This document shows, piece by piece, positions 7,585 to 16,112 of a stretch of DNA of 64,000 bases. The first letter of the stretch is position 1. Every line of letters begins with the position of its first letter. Source of the stretch: a virus (Duplodnaviria; Caudoviricetes); IMG/VR virus record IMGVR_UViG_3300048998_000202; one strand, written 5' to 3'. Both the position numbers and the translations under genes were made by a program. The notes under the pieces are model-generated. The model was not told the DNA's origin. It searched no databases and saw only the letters and a program-made list of their open reading frames with translations.

Positions 7585-8493
7585 CTAGTCGAAGAGGGAC
7601 TCGGCGTCTTCGTCGGTCAGGCCCACCGCTCCGGCGACGGAGGTGATGGGCGCGGGCTGGGTCACCAGGGAGGGCATGGTGCGCTGGACACCCGGGGCGT
7701 TGGACGCGGCCCGGGGCACCAGGCCCTGCGGACGGGCCTGGCGTGCGGCGGCCTTGGTCACCTGCGACAGGGTGGCGATCTCGTGGCGGATCATCGCCTC
7801 GCTCATGTTCCGGTCGGACTCGATCGAGGCGGCCACCGCGAACTCGTCGCCTCGGGCCAGTCCGGCGGTGATGCGGTGGCGGGCCAGCCGCATGGAGGCC
7901 AGGGTCCGGTTGCGGGAGCCGGTCTGGCTCATCTCGCCCGAACGCGGCGGGGTGGTGCCCTGCTGCGCGGACGGTCCGAAAGCCGGGTTCAGCGGGTAGG
8001 CGGTCTCGGGGTTCATCGGGTCGCCCACGCGCACGTCGGTCTCGATGCGGGTGGTGTCCGGCGGGGTGTGGGTCTCGGTCCCGGCGACCGGCGCACTCAC
8101 GTTGAGGAGCTGATTGAACGGCGCGGTCGGCAGCGTGACGCCCGGGTCCATGGGGGTGGCGGTCGTCTCGGCCGCGACGCCCTGGTTGGCACCGGGGGTC
8201 TGCCCGATCTGGTTCGGGTTGTCGTACGCCTCCGGGGTGGCGGCCTGCTCGGTGGTCTCCACCGGGGCCTCGGAGGGCGGGTTGGGCACCGGCTGGGCAG
8301 GGTTGTCGATGTCGGCCTGACGCTTGATCGCGTCGACCTCCTTCGTGACACCGGCCAGCCGGGCGACGTAGGCGAGCTGGAGGCCCTGGATGGTGAGCTG
8401 GCGCTCCAGTTCGGTGTTGCGGGCCTCCACGGTGCGGAGGTTCTTCTGCTGGCTCGCCATGGCCTGCATGAGCGGGCGGTTGCCACTTGCCAT
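7585..8493 (-). CDS. scaffolding-like head protein
   Basis: N-terminal coiled coil, Pro-rich linker and acidic C-terminus (DEDAESLFD). Lies between protease and capsid genes. Confidence 0.6.
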   Translation of the reverse strand: MASGNRPLMQAMASQQKNLRTVEARNTELERQLTIQGLQLAYVARLAGVTKEVDAIKRQADIDNPAQPVPNPPSEAPVETTEQAATPEAYDNPNQIGQTPGANQGVAAETTATPMDPGVTLPTAPFNQLLNVSAPVAGTETHTPPDTTRIETDVRVGDPMNPETAYPLNPAFGPSAQQGTTPPRSGEMSQTGSRNRTLASMRLARHRITAGLARGDEFAVAASIESDRNMSEAMIRHEIATLSQVTKAAARQARPQGLVPRAASNAPGVQRTMPSLVTQPAPITSVAGAVGLTDEDAESLFD

Positions 8494-8571
8494 GAGATGT
8501 ACTTCCTCTGGTCGGGCTCGCGGCAAGCCGAGAGCTTTACGTCTTCACCCCTTACGGGGACTACTGGCAGA

Positions 8572-11500
8572 TCAGACAGGCATCGGCAGCGGCGTTTCGC
8601 CCTGCTCTTCGGCGGGGCTCATGAGCTGCCCCTGACCACAGTTGGGGCAGACGTCGCCCGCCTGGACTCCGTCGGGGGTGGCCTCTCCCGTCGGCGGCAG
8701 GATCGAGGTGTCCATGTCGACGCTCACCGGGTTGGTGGCGTCGGCCTGGAATCCGCACGCCGGACATTCGAGGTCCGGTACGCCATCGCCGGGGGTACCG
8801 GGGACTCCCTGGCCCGCGTCCGGGTTGGGGATCTGTCCGTCGGTGTCCAGGTCCTGAGGTCCGGCCGGGCCCTCGGGACCTGTCGGCTGGCCGGGTCCCT
8901 GGGGCGTGTCGGGCCCTGGGGTGAACGGCTGGCCGTCACTGCTGACCGCGTCGGCCGGGAGGGCCTGCGGTCCGATCGGCATTCCGTCGGGTCCGACCAT
9001 CATCTGCTGGCCGGGCTGCTGGAGCGGCTGTCCGTCGGGTCCGAGCATGGCCGGGTCGACTGGTGCCCCCAGCTCGTTCGGATCCTGCGGCTGGCCGTCC
9101 GGGCCGAGCGCGTTGGGATCCTGGGGCGAGTCTCCGCCCATCGGGTCGCCGCCCGGCTGTACCTCGGCCTGTACTTCACCGGGGAGTGTGCCGGGCTGCT
9201 GACCCTGGTCCGCAGCGTCGGGGTTGACGGGGTTGCCGTTCTCGTCCAGGGCCGCCGGGTCGGCCGGGTTTTCGACCGGCTGTCCGTCAGGTCCGATCTG
9301 ATTGGGGTTGGCCGGATCCTGGAACTCTGCGACGTCCTTCCGCAGGTCCATCTGTCGGGCCTTCTCCAGGTCGGGGTCCTGGAACATCTTGGGGGGTGCG
9401 ACGTAGCTGCACACCTGGCAGGTGGCGCCGTCGAAGGTGTCGCGGTCACCGCACACCGGGCAGGCGTCCTCGCGCAGGGTGTCCACGTCCTCGGGGGCCT
9501 TCGTCTCGCCGTAGGCCAGTTTGCGGCCCAGCAGGCGACGAGAATCCTCGGGGGGAGTAGCCCCCCGGCCCGTCTGGAGACCCTTGCCGTTCTCGGTGGC
9601 GAACGGGGAGTGCACCGGGGCTGGGTCGTAATGGGCCGCAGCGTGATCCAGCATGGCGGAGGCCACTCCTCGTCGCTTGAGGTTGTCGTCCACACCGATC
9701 CAGTTGATATGGCCAGCGGGCTTGACGTGCCAGGAGTCCGCGTGGCCATTCATGCCGCAGTGGTCGCAGTGCTGATCGGGCCGGAAGTCGTCAGGTCCCT
9801 TCTCGTCCCAGTACTCCTCGCGCTTCTTGGTCCACTCCAGCTTCCCGACCTGCTGCCTGTCGGGAGTGTGGGCGCGCAGCACGTGGTACTTGTAGTCCGG
9901 TCCACCGTGGTACGTGAAGTGCAGGCCCTCCGGCAGATCACCACTGGCCCCGGCCACATGGGAGTTCGCCGGGGGCTGGTGCAGGTCCGGATTGTGCTCG
10001 CGGCTGAGGTCCTGCCAGGTCTTGCGCTGGTTGCGCTGCACGGTGTTGCGGCCCTTCTGACCGCCTGAGGTGTCACCCTCGGCGTTCAGGCGCTGCCGGG
10101 CGAGCCAGGTGACGGCCTGCACCTCGTGCGGGGGCACTTCGCGGCCCTCACGGTCGGAGATGACCGCTGCGGCCTTGCGGTAGTGGTTGGCCACGACCTC
10201 GTAGTGCTTGCGGTTCTGCGAAGGGAAGCCCTTGACGTCGTCGGCGTTCAGACGGCGCCCGGCGGCGACGGACAGGGCATGACGATCCACGACGACCTTG
10301 TCCGAAGGCTCCTTGGGCTTTCCTGCCGCCGCGTCCTCAGGGCTCTGGGGCTTGTTACCGCCGTGCTCGATCAGGGAGGCGAAGTCCTGCGTCTTGGGCC
10401 CCTTGAGGGCTTCCTGGTGGTTCATGCCGTCCATGACCTTCTGGGCGGCGTTGGCGTGACTGCCCATCACCATGATGCCCTCGCCCTTGCCGACGGCCCG
10501 CTGCTCGTGGAAGGCCCGCGCGGCGTTGTGCTGGTTGGCCCACCAGCCCTGCTGCGGGGAGTAGGCGGAGAGGACGCCTGCGCCCTTGTGGGCGGCTTCG
10601 GCGTCGCTCTTGATGCGGGGATCCAGTTTGGCGATGGACTTGGCCACCAGGTGGGCGTCGGGGTACCAGCGTTTGCCCTGCGCCTTCTCCTCGCTGGTGG
10701 CCTGGTCCCAGTGGTCCACGACGTGGTGGTGGGACAGGCCCATCTCCTTGAACCACGGATGGTCCTCGGGTGGCGTGGCCGCCGCACCCTCGGCCATCAG
10801 ATCGGCCAGGGTGACGCGGGAGCCGGTGGCGGCAATCTGCCTCACCACGGAGTCCGGGATCTCCTCCGGAGTGGGGTACGACTTCGAACGCGCCCTGTGG
10901 GTGGTGACGAAGTGGCCGTCACCGTCCTGCTTGAGACCGACCTCGGCGAAACGCGGGTCCTTCTTGGCGGCCTCGAACATCCGGTCCTGGGCGTACCCGG
11001 AGCCCTCGGGAGTCTTCCCGGGGTCTTTGGCCTTGGGCGGCCAGTTGGTGGCGCGTGCCCCGTGATAGGGAGCCTTCTCGCCGTATTCATCCGGGGTGTC
11101 GGAGAGGGGGGACTTCGCCACGTAGGCGTGGATCTTCTTGATCCCTGCGGCCTTGGCCGCCTCGGTCCGGTGGTGGCCGTCGGCGACCTGGAAGACGCCG
11201 TGCCGGTGTACGAGGACGACCGGTGGCATCTGCTCGGGGTTGTCCCGGTACCCCTCGGCAGCGTGCTGGACGCGGTAGTCACCGGCCTCGTGGCGCTTGT
11301 GGTCGATGGCGCTCGGGCTGACCATCGCGTGATGGAAGGTCAGGTCATCGATCGAACGCTCGTTGGCGTCAGGGTCGTCGGGGGTGGAGTGGGCCAAGTT
11401 GCTGGCTGCCCATCCGATCATCTCCCCGTCGGCGTGCTCGGCCCGATCGCCGTGGATCTCGGGGTCCCCGTAGATCTCCGGGTGCCGCTCGCCTACCTCG

Positions 11501-12327
11501 TCCCAGGACAGGCCCCGCCCGGCAGTGGTGTTGATGGAGTCAAGACTTGCGGTACTCTGGATCTCGCTCGGCTCGGCTCGGATTGGCTTGGTTGGGCTTG
11601 GCACGGCAAGGTACGGCATGGCATGGGTGGCGGTCTCTCCGGAGGCCGCCACAGCCATTTTCATACCCCGGTCATCGATCCCGGTGAAAAACGCCGTCGG
11701 ATCCGCCGGGGGCTCCACCAGCAGCGAGTTCTCGAAAAACCGCAATCCGTAGCAGGTCTCACGGATGATCTCGCCGATCTTCTGCCCGGAAGCCGTCGTC
11801 CGGTAAAGCGTCATTCCCTTTGATCCAGGGATGTGGGCGCAGTATTCGGCAGGGGTAGTGGCCTTGTTGCCACAGGCGGAGCAGACGGAGAAGGCGACGT
11901 CGGTGCCCATGCTGGTTCTGGCGATGTTGCCGTTCATGATCTCGGCGGCCAGCTTGGGAAAGCGCAGCGCATCGACCTCTTGGAGGACCTCGACCCACCA
12001 GTCCCGGCTGCCGTCGCGGTTGCTGTCCTTGTGCAAAACCGCGTCGATGATCACACCACGGGCGCGCTTGTGATCTTCGTTCGCGTGATTGACGAAGACG
12101 GGCTTACCGATAAACGTCCGGTATCCCTTCTCCAGTTCCTCAGCGGGGAACTCGTCGAAGTTGTCGTTGCACCGGCTGGAGATGGCGCGGGAGCGCACGT
12201 ACAGGTAGCCGGGGCGCACCTCATACGAAAAGTGGTGCCGGTGGGCGAAGCGGCGCAGCTCACGGGCACCCGCGTCCGTGGGGACGAGGGCCTTGGTCAT
12301 GATCTGGGCGCTCGCGTACTTGAGCAT
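8572..12327 (-). CDS. multidomain head protein: prohead protease-like N-terminus + ParB/Srx-like + HhH-glycosylase-like + GNAT + Zn ribbons
   Basis: N-terminal GKPVFVNH..ARGVIIDA..TSMG..CSACGN..YCAHI..FFENSLLVEPPADPTA. ParB-like MPPVVLV..ADGHHR. WY..SAYSPQ..GPK..VVVDRHA..VQAVTW. GNAT RRGVASAML. Several CxxC pairs. Confidence 0.7.
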   Translation of the reverse strand: MLKYASAQIMTKALVPTDAGARELRRFAHRHHFSYEVRPGYLYVRSRAISSRCNDNFDEFPAEELEKGYRTFIGKPVFVNHANEDHKRARGVIIDAVLHKDSNRDGSRDWWVEVLQEVDALRFPKLAAEIMNGNIARTSMGTDVAFSVCSACGNKATTPAEYCAHIPGSKGMTLYRTTASGQKIGEIIRETCYGLRFFENSLLVEPPADPTAFFTGIDDRGMKMAVAASGETATHAMPYLAVPSPTKPIRAEPSEIQSTASLDSINTTAGRGLSWDEVGERHPEIYGDPEIHGDRAEHADGEMIGWAASNLAHSTPDDPDANERSIDDLTFHHAMVSPSAIDHKRHEAGDYRVQHAAEGYRDNPEQMPPVVLVHRHGVFQVADGHHRTEAAKAAGIKKIHAYVAKSPLSDTPDEYGEKAPYHGARATNWPPKAKDPGKTPEGSGYAQDRMFEAAKKDPRFAEVGLKQDGDGHFVTTHRARSKSYPTPEEIPDSVVRQIAATGSRVTLADLMAEGAAATPPEDHPWFKEMGLSHHHVVDHWDQATSEEKAQGKRWYPDAHLVAKSIAKLDPRIKSDAEAAHKGAGVLSAYSPQQGWWANQHNAARAFHEQRAVGKGEGIMVMGSHANAAQKVMDGMNHQEALKGPKTQDFASLIEHGGNKPQSPEDAAAGKPKEPSDKVVVDRHALSVAAGRRLNADDVKGFPSQNRKHYEVVANHYRKAAAVISDREGREVPPHEVQAVTWLARQRLNAEGDTSGGQKGRNTVQRNQRKTWQDLSREHNPDLHQPPANSHVAGASGDLPEGLHFTYHGGPDYKYHVLRAHTPDRQQVGKLEWTKKREEYWDEKGPDDFRPDQHCDHCGMNGHADSWHVKPAGHINWIGVDDNLKRRGVASAMLDHAAAHYDPAPVHSPFATENGKGLQTGRGATPPEDSRRLLGRKLAYGETKAPEDVDTLREDACPVCGDRDTFDGATCQVCSYVAPPKMFQDPDLEKARQMDLRKDVAEFQDPANPNQIGPDGQPVENPADPAALDENGNPVNPDAADQGQQPGTLPGEVQAEVQPGGDPMGGDSPQDPNALGPDGQPQDPNELGAPVDPAMLGPDGQPLQQPGQQMMVGPDGMPIGPQALPADAVSSDGQPFTPGPDTPQGPGQPTGPEGPAGPQDLDTDGQIPNPDAGQGVPGTPGDGVPDLECPACGFQADATNPVSVDMDTSILPPTGEATPDGVQAGDVCPNCGQGQLMSPAEEQGETPLPMPV
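11532..11652 (+). ncRNA. GGY-NN guide-like RNA unit J, antisense inside the protease gene
   Basis: TGATGGAGTCA box, leader caagacttgcgg, pentamers at 11570-11624 (one variant ggatt) and terminator GTGGCGGTCTC-tccg-GAGGCCGCCAC. Confidence 0.78.
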
Positions 12328-12426
12328 GTGCCACCTCCACCCCTTCGCGGCACTGGGCCGGAGCAGGACAGCAGAAGGCCCCAGGGATCGGGGGTGACGA
12401 GGGTCCCTGGGGCCTTCAGGACGACG

Positions 12427-12669
12427 CTAGCTGTCGGTGGATGCTCGCGGCGTGTGCTTGGCGAGATAGCCACCCAGGAAGGTGACGACCGTCGGGGCGA
12501 TGATGAGGATCAGCGTCTGGTCCGTGGCGGGTACCGGGCCGAGCAGATCGTGGTCGGCCTGCACGGCGTTGAGGACGGAGATCAGGATCGAGACGCCGAA
12601 GGTGGCGGCCGTAGCGGCCCAGACCTTCGCCTCGACCTTGAGCTTGGAGATCATCGAGAGCACGGCCAT
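12427..12669 (-). CDS. holin
   Basis: 80 aa with two hydrophobic helices (VEAKVWAATAATF...; PTVVTFLGGYLAKHTPR), typical of Streptomyces phage holins. Abuts the endolysin stop codon. Confidence 0.8.
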   Translation of the reverse strand: MAVLSMISKLKVEAKVWAATAATFGVSILISVLNAVQADHDLLGPVPATDQTLILIIAPTVVTFLGGYLAKHTPRASTDS

Positions 12670-13628
12670 CACGCCACCACCGTGAACTTGCCGGACTCCG
12701 AGGCCAGGCCCTTCAGGCTGGTCTGGCCCGGGATGCCGTTCACGTCGGTGCCGGTCCAGCCCAGCTTGTGCTTCTTGCTGTACGCCTTCTGGTACGCGCT
12801 GTAGGCCGCGATCGTGGTCGTGCCGTAGGCCCCGTCGGCGGCGTACTTGCTGGAGAGGTAGCCGAGTTTGAGCAGAGCGGCCTCCACCGGCTTCACATCG
12901 GCCGGGTGGGAGGCGTGACCCTGGGACGCCTTGGGGTCGGCCTTCGCCGCCGTGATCAGGTTCTTCAAGGACACCGTGGGCTTGACCGCGCCCGTGACCG
13001 GGGTGGTGACGGTGTTGGGTCCGGCCTTGAGCAGGATCGAGGCGATCGGGAAGGCGCCGGGGTCGCCGTGCAGGTTCTCCGGGACGTGCTGGTGGCCGCA
13101 GTGGCCGGAGAAGGACTGCCACTTGGAGCCGGACATCCGGACGCCGTTGCCGGTGCCGTAGGCGGCCGGGTACGCCTTGAACGTCACGACCGACGTCAGG
13201 GGGACGCCGTTGGCGTCGTGCGCCCACTTGGCGAAGACGGCCAGGTCCCGGACCGCCCAGTCGGGCAGTTCCGCCATGTACAGGTGGGGGGTGGTGCCCC
13301 ACTTGGTGTGGGTGGCGGGGTCGCAGGTGCCGACGATCTCCACCTGGACGACGTTGAGGGTGTTGGTCTCCACGCCGCCGGTCAGGTTGACCAGGGCCCG
13401 GCTGGAGCGGTCGAAGTCGAAGTGCTGGTACCAGACCAACTTCTTGTTGGTGAAGTCCGGTACGGCGGTGAGGTTGGGGGCTACGGCACCGCTGGAGTAG
13501 TCGGGCAGCGAGGTGCCCTCGGTGGAGTGCCAGACGACGACCCTGGTCTCCATGACGCTGCTGGAGTACTTGTCCTGATACCAGTGGGCGGTGCTCGCGC
13601 CCGGGTACTTCTGAGGCCCTGTGGACAT
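12669..13628 (-). CDS. endolysin, N-acetylmuramoyl-L-alanine amidase with peptidoglycan-binding domain
   Basis: VVWHSTEG, VQVEIVG and GHQHVPENLHGDPG amidase motifs; C-terminal ADGAYGTTT..AYQ..GIPGQTSL binding domain. Confidence 0.9.
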   Translation of the reverse strand: MSTGPQKYPGASTAHWYQDKYSSSVMETRVVVWHSTEGTSLPDYSSGAVAPNLTAVPDFTNKKLVWYQHFDFDRSSRALVNLTGGVETNTLNVVQVEIVGTCDPATHTKWGTTPHLYMAELPDWAVRDLAVFAKWAHDANGVPLTSVVTFKAYPAAYGTGNGVRMSGSKWQSFSGHCGHQHVPENLHGDPGAFPIASILLKAGPNTVTTPVTGAVKPTVSLKNLITAAKADPKASQGHASHPADVKPVEAALLKLGYLSSKYAADGAYGTTTIAAYSAYQKAYSKKHKLGWTGTDVNGIPGQTSLKGLASESGKFTVVA

Positions 13629-13700
13629 GGGCGCTCCTCTCCTCACCCTTTCAAAGGGGTTGAGGGGGTTCGAACAGGATTCCGGCGTGGGGATCTGGTC

Positions 13701-14525
13701 CTACAGGCGTCGTCTTTCGAAGACTGTCGCGTAGAGCGCGGATGCCATGAACGGCAAGTCCTGGGGCCGGGTGGGGGTGCCCGAGGCGAGGAACCCGGCT
13801 CCGGTGGCCGTAGCGGGCGGACTGACGGAGTCGGTGGGTGTCGGTTCGGGGGGCGAAGAGGTGCAGGTGTAGGACGCTGACGAGGTGTCGGAACCGTCGT
13901 CGGTGGTGCAGGTCTCCGTGGTTCCGTCACTGTGGTGGTAGGTGACGGTGCTGGGCATCGTTCCGGCTGGTCCGGGATCCCCTTGGGGTCCTGCCGGGCC
14001 CGGGTCGCCTTGCGGTCCTGCGGGCCCGGCCGCTCCGGTGGGTCCTGCCGGGCCCTGGGATCCGGGGTCTCCGGCGGTGCCGTCGGCTCCGCTGTTGCCA
14101 TTCGCCCCGGGTGCGCCGGTAGGGCCAGCTTGACCGGCGGCACCCAGGGACCCCTCCGGGCCCGGATTACCGGCCGGACCCGTGGGACCGGGAGGGCCGG
14201 TAGGGCCTGGAGGACCTGTTGGGCCCGGGATTCCCTGGGCTCCGTTTTGACCAGCAATACCGGCCGCGCCCGGTATTCCCTCGATGATCTTCTCCGCTGG
14301 TGGAGCGGAGGGGGTGATGCCGTTATCGGTGAGCTGCTTGCGGGATGAATCCAGGCTCTGGGACAGCTTCGTCACAGCCGTGGCGTTGTCGTTGGCTCGT
14401 TGGGTGGCGACCCGGATCTCGTGGGAGATGTAGATCCCACCCAGCACCATCATGAGGAAGACCGAGATGATGCTGATCTTGAGGATCCGCATCTGATGCC
14501 GGTCGAACCAGGTCGCCTTGTGCAT
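13701..14525 (-). CDS. membrane-anchored collagen-like (Gly-X-Y) protein
   Basis: N-terminal TM helix, coiled coil and a long GPxGPx run. Adjacent to the lysis genes. Confidence 0.75.
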   Translation of the reverse strand: MHKATWFDRHQMRILKISIISVFLMMVLGGIYISHEIRVATQRANDNATAVTKLSQSLDSSRKQLTDNGITPSAPPAEKIIEGIPGAAGIAGQNGAQGIPGPTGPPGPTGPPGPTGPAGNPGPEGSLGAAGQAGPTGAPGANGNSGADGTAGDPGSQGPAGPTGAAGPAGPQGDPGPAGPQGDPGPAGTMPSTVTYHHSDGTTETCTTDDGSDTSSASYTCTSSPPEPTPTDSVSPPATATGAGFLASGTPTRPQDLPFMASALYATVFERRRL

Positions 14526-14526
14526 C

Positions 14527-14865
14527 TCATGTACCGCCCTTGGAGGAGAAGTAGGCGCTCACGACGATGCCCAATAGCGTCAGCCCAAGTCCAGCCACCG
14601 CGAGGAGATAGTTCCGCACACTGGTCGGGCGACCCTCAAGGACCCCAACGCGGACCTTGAGGGCATTGTGCTCGCTCTGGTTCGCCTTGTCGTTGGTGTC
14701 CCGCTCCAGCTCGGTGAGGCGTCTCTCGTTGGCCCGCTGGTCAGCCATGTAGAGGGCCATCGGCACCATGTCCCGGGCGAGGCGTCCGTCCAGGGCGGCG
14801 TGCTGGTTGTCGTGACGGTCGACGTACCGGTTGAAGTCGTCCTTGCTCAGTGGATCAGTCGGCAC
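14527..14865 (-). CDS. coiled-coil membrane protein, lysis-cassette associated
   Basis: 112 aa with a C-terminal TM helix. Confidence 0.6.
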   Translation of the reverse strand: MPTDPLSKDDFNRYVDRHDNQHAALDGRLARDMVPMALYMADQRANERRLTELERDTNDKANQSEHNALKVRVGVLEGRPTSVRNYLLAVAGLGLTLLGIVVSAYFSSKGGT

Positions 14866-15247
14866 GATGACCTCCGCTGGCGAACCGGCGGGACAGGGCG
14901 TAACGGAAGCAAGTCATGGCCCTCCCCCATCGGTCTAAACGGCTGGCCCTTCAATCTTTCAAGGCGCTGGATCGGTTGCTGACAGTACGACGAAGCCCCC
15001 GCACCAGAGGGTACGGGGGCTTCGTCTGTGGTGTCCTGCCAGAGATCACCAGGTCCTCCACCACTGTAGACCCGGTACCAGAGAAGAGAGCAAGGCAATC
15101 GGTACGGACGTGGTCAAGGACACCCACGTACCTATCGGAAATAGGTGCCGTTAATGTGACGCGTCGTGAGTCATCGTTTCCGACGGTGGCGGTCGGGGAT
15201 TTAAAAATCTCTTGTAGGAGATGCTCCGGTAATCGTTGGTTTTTAGT

Positions 15248-15442
15248 TCAACCTCTCCAGTGCCGACGCGGGTTGATGGGGATCCGATAACCGTCGGCCT
15301 CCTCCTGGAGGATCTTGTCCCCACGCCTGCATCTGTCCCGCACGTAGCGCAGGGCCGCATCCTGGGTGGGAAACTCCTCCCGGATGCGGCCCTGCGTCAC
15401 CGACCACTGGCCGCCGTCCTCTTTGATCACCCAGGCGGCCAT
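15248..15442 (-). CDS. hypothetical protein
   Basis: 64-aa ORF with RBS, co-transcribed behind the operator promoter at 15680-15709. Confidence 0.55.
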   Translation of the reverse strand: MAAWVIKEDGGQWSVTQGRIREEFPTQDAALRYVRDRCRRGDKILQEEADGYRIPINPRRHWRG

Positions 15443-15455
15443 GGCGTCCTTCCGT

Positions 15456-15647
15456 TCAACAGGCGAGGTGGTAGACCCTCCAGGCCCCGGCGGCCTTCTC
15501 CAGGCGCCCCGTCCCGGCGTCCACGCGGTGGCCGCAGCCCTTGTCGCAAAGCTTGGCGAACTTGTTCGGCACGATCTTGGCCGTCACCGTACGCGGTGCA
15601 TTGCCCTCGGCGAGAGCGGCCAGTTCGGGATCGAGAAAGAACGCCAT
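15456..15647 (-). CDS. hypothetical small Zn-binding protein
   Basis: CDKGC..HLAC motif, GGAGG RBS, directly behind the early-type promoter. Confidence 0.6.
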   Translation of the reverse strand: MAFFLDPELAALAEGNAPRTVTAKIVPNKFAKLCDKGCGHRVDAGTGRLEKAAGAWRVYHLAC

Positions 15648-15713
15648 GATGGCCTCCAGTGGAGTCGGGTACTGCTCCCAGCGTACTCCAAGGATTCTTG
15701 GAGTGACAAGGGG

Positions 15714-16112
15714 TTAGAGCATGGCGCGCAGGAGGGTGTTGAGGTCGGCCGGGGACAGGTCCTCCCCGTTGCCCAGGCGCTCGCGCAGCTCACTGACCTT
15801 GCGGTCGGTGTCGCTCATCCCGTAGTAGGGGTCGGGGGTGTGAGCAGTCACGACATCCTGTACGGCGTCCATGTCGGTGTCGCCGAGAATGTACAAGGCC
15901 CGGCCGCTGTCGTCACCGGTCAGTACGACCTGGTAGGCGTTGCGATCGCCGAGGTGGGCGTAGACCTCTTCGATGAGCTGGCGCTGGTGGACGTCTCCGG
16001 TGACCTCCAGGACCTGGGCGTGGCCGTCGAAGGGGATGTGGCCGTCCTGTGGCGGGACGAGCATGCCCTCGACGTCCTCTTCGACGGCGTCTTTGTCGAT
16101 GTTCACGGCCAT
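15714..16112 (-). CDS. hypothetical protein
   Basis: 132-aa acidic ORF overlapping the end of the 1875-aa gene. Confidence 0.6.
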   Translation of the reverse strand: MAVNIDKDAVEEDVEGMLVPPQDGHIPFDGHAQVLEVTGDVHQRQLIEEVYAHLGDRNAYQVVLTGDDSGRALYILGDTDMDAVQDVVTAHTPDPYYGMSDTDRKVSELRERLGNGEDLSPADLNTLLRAML

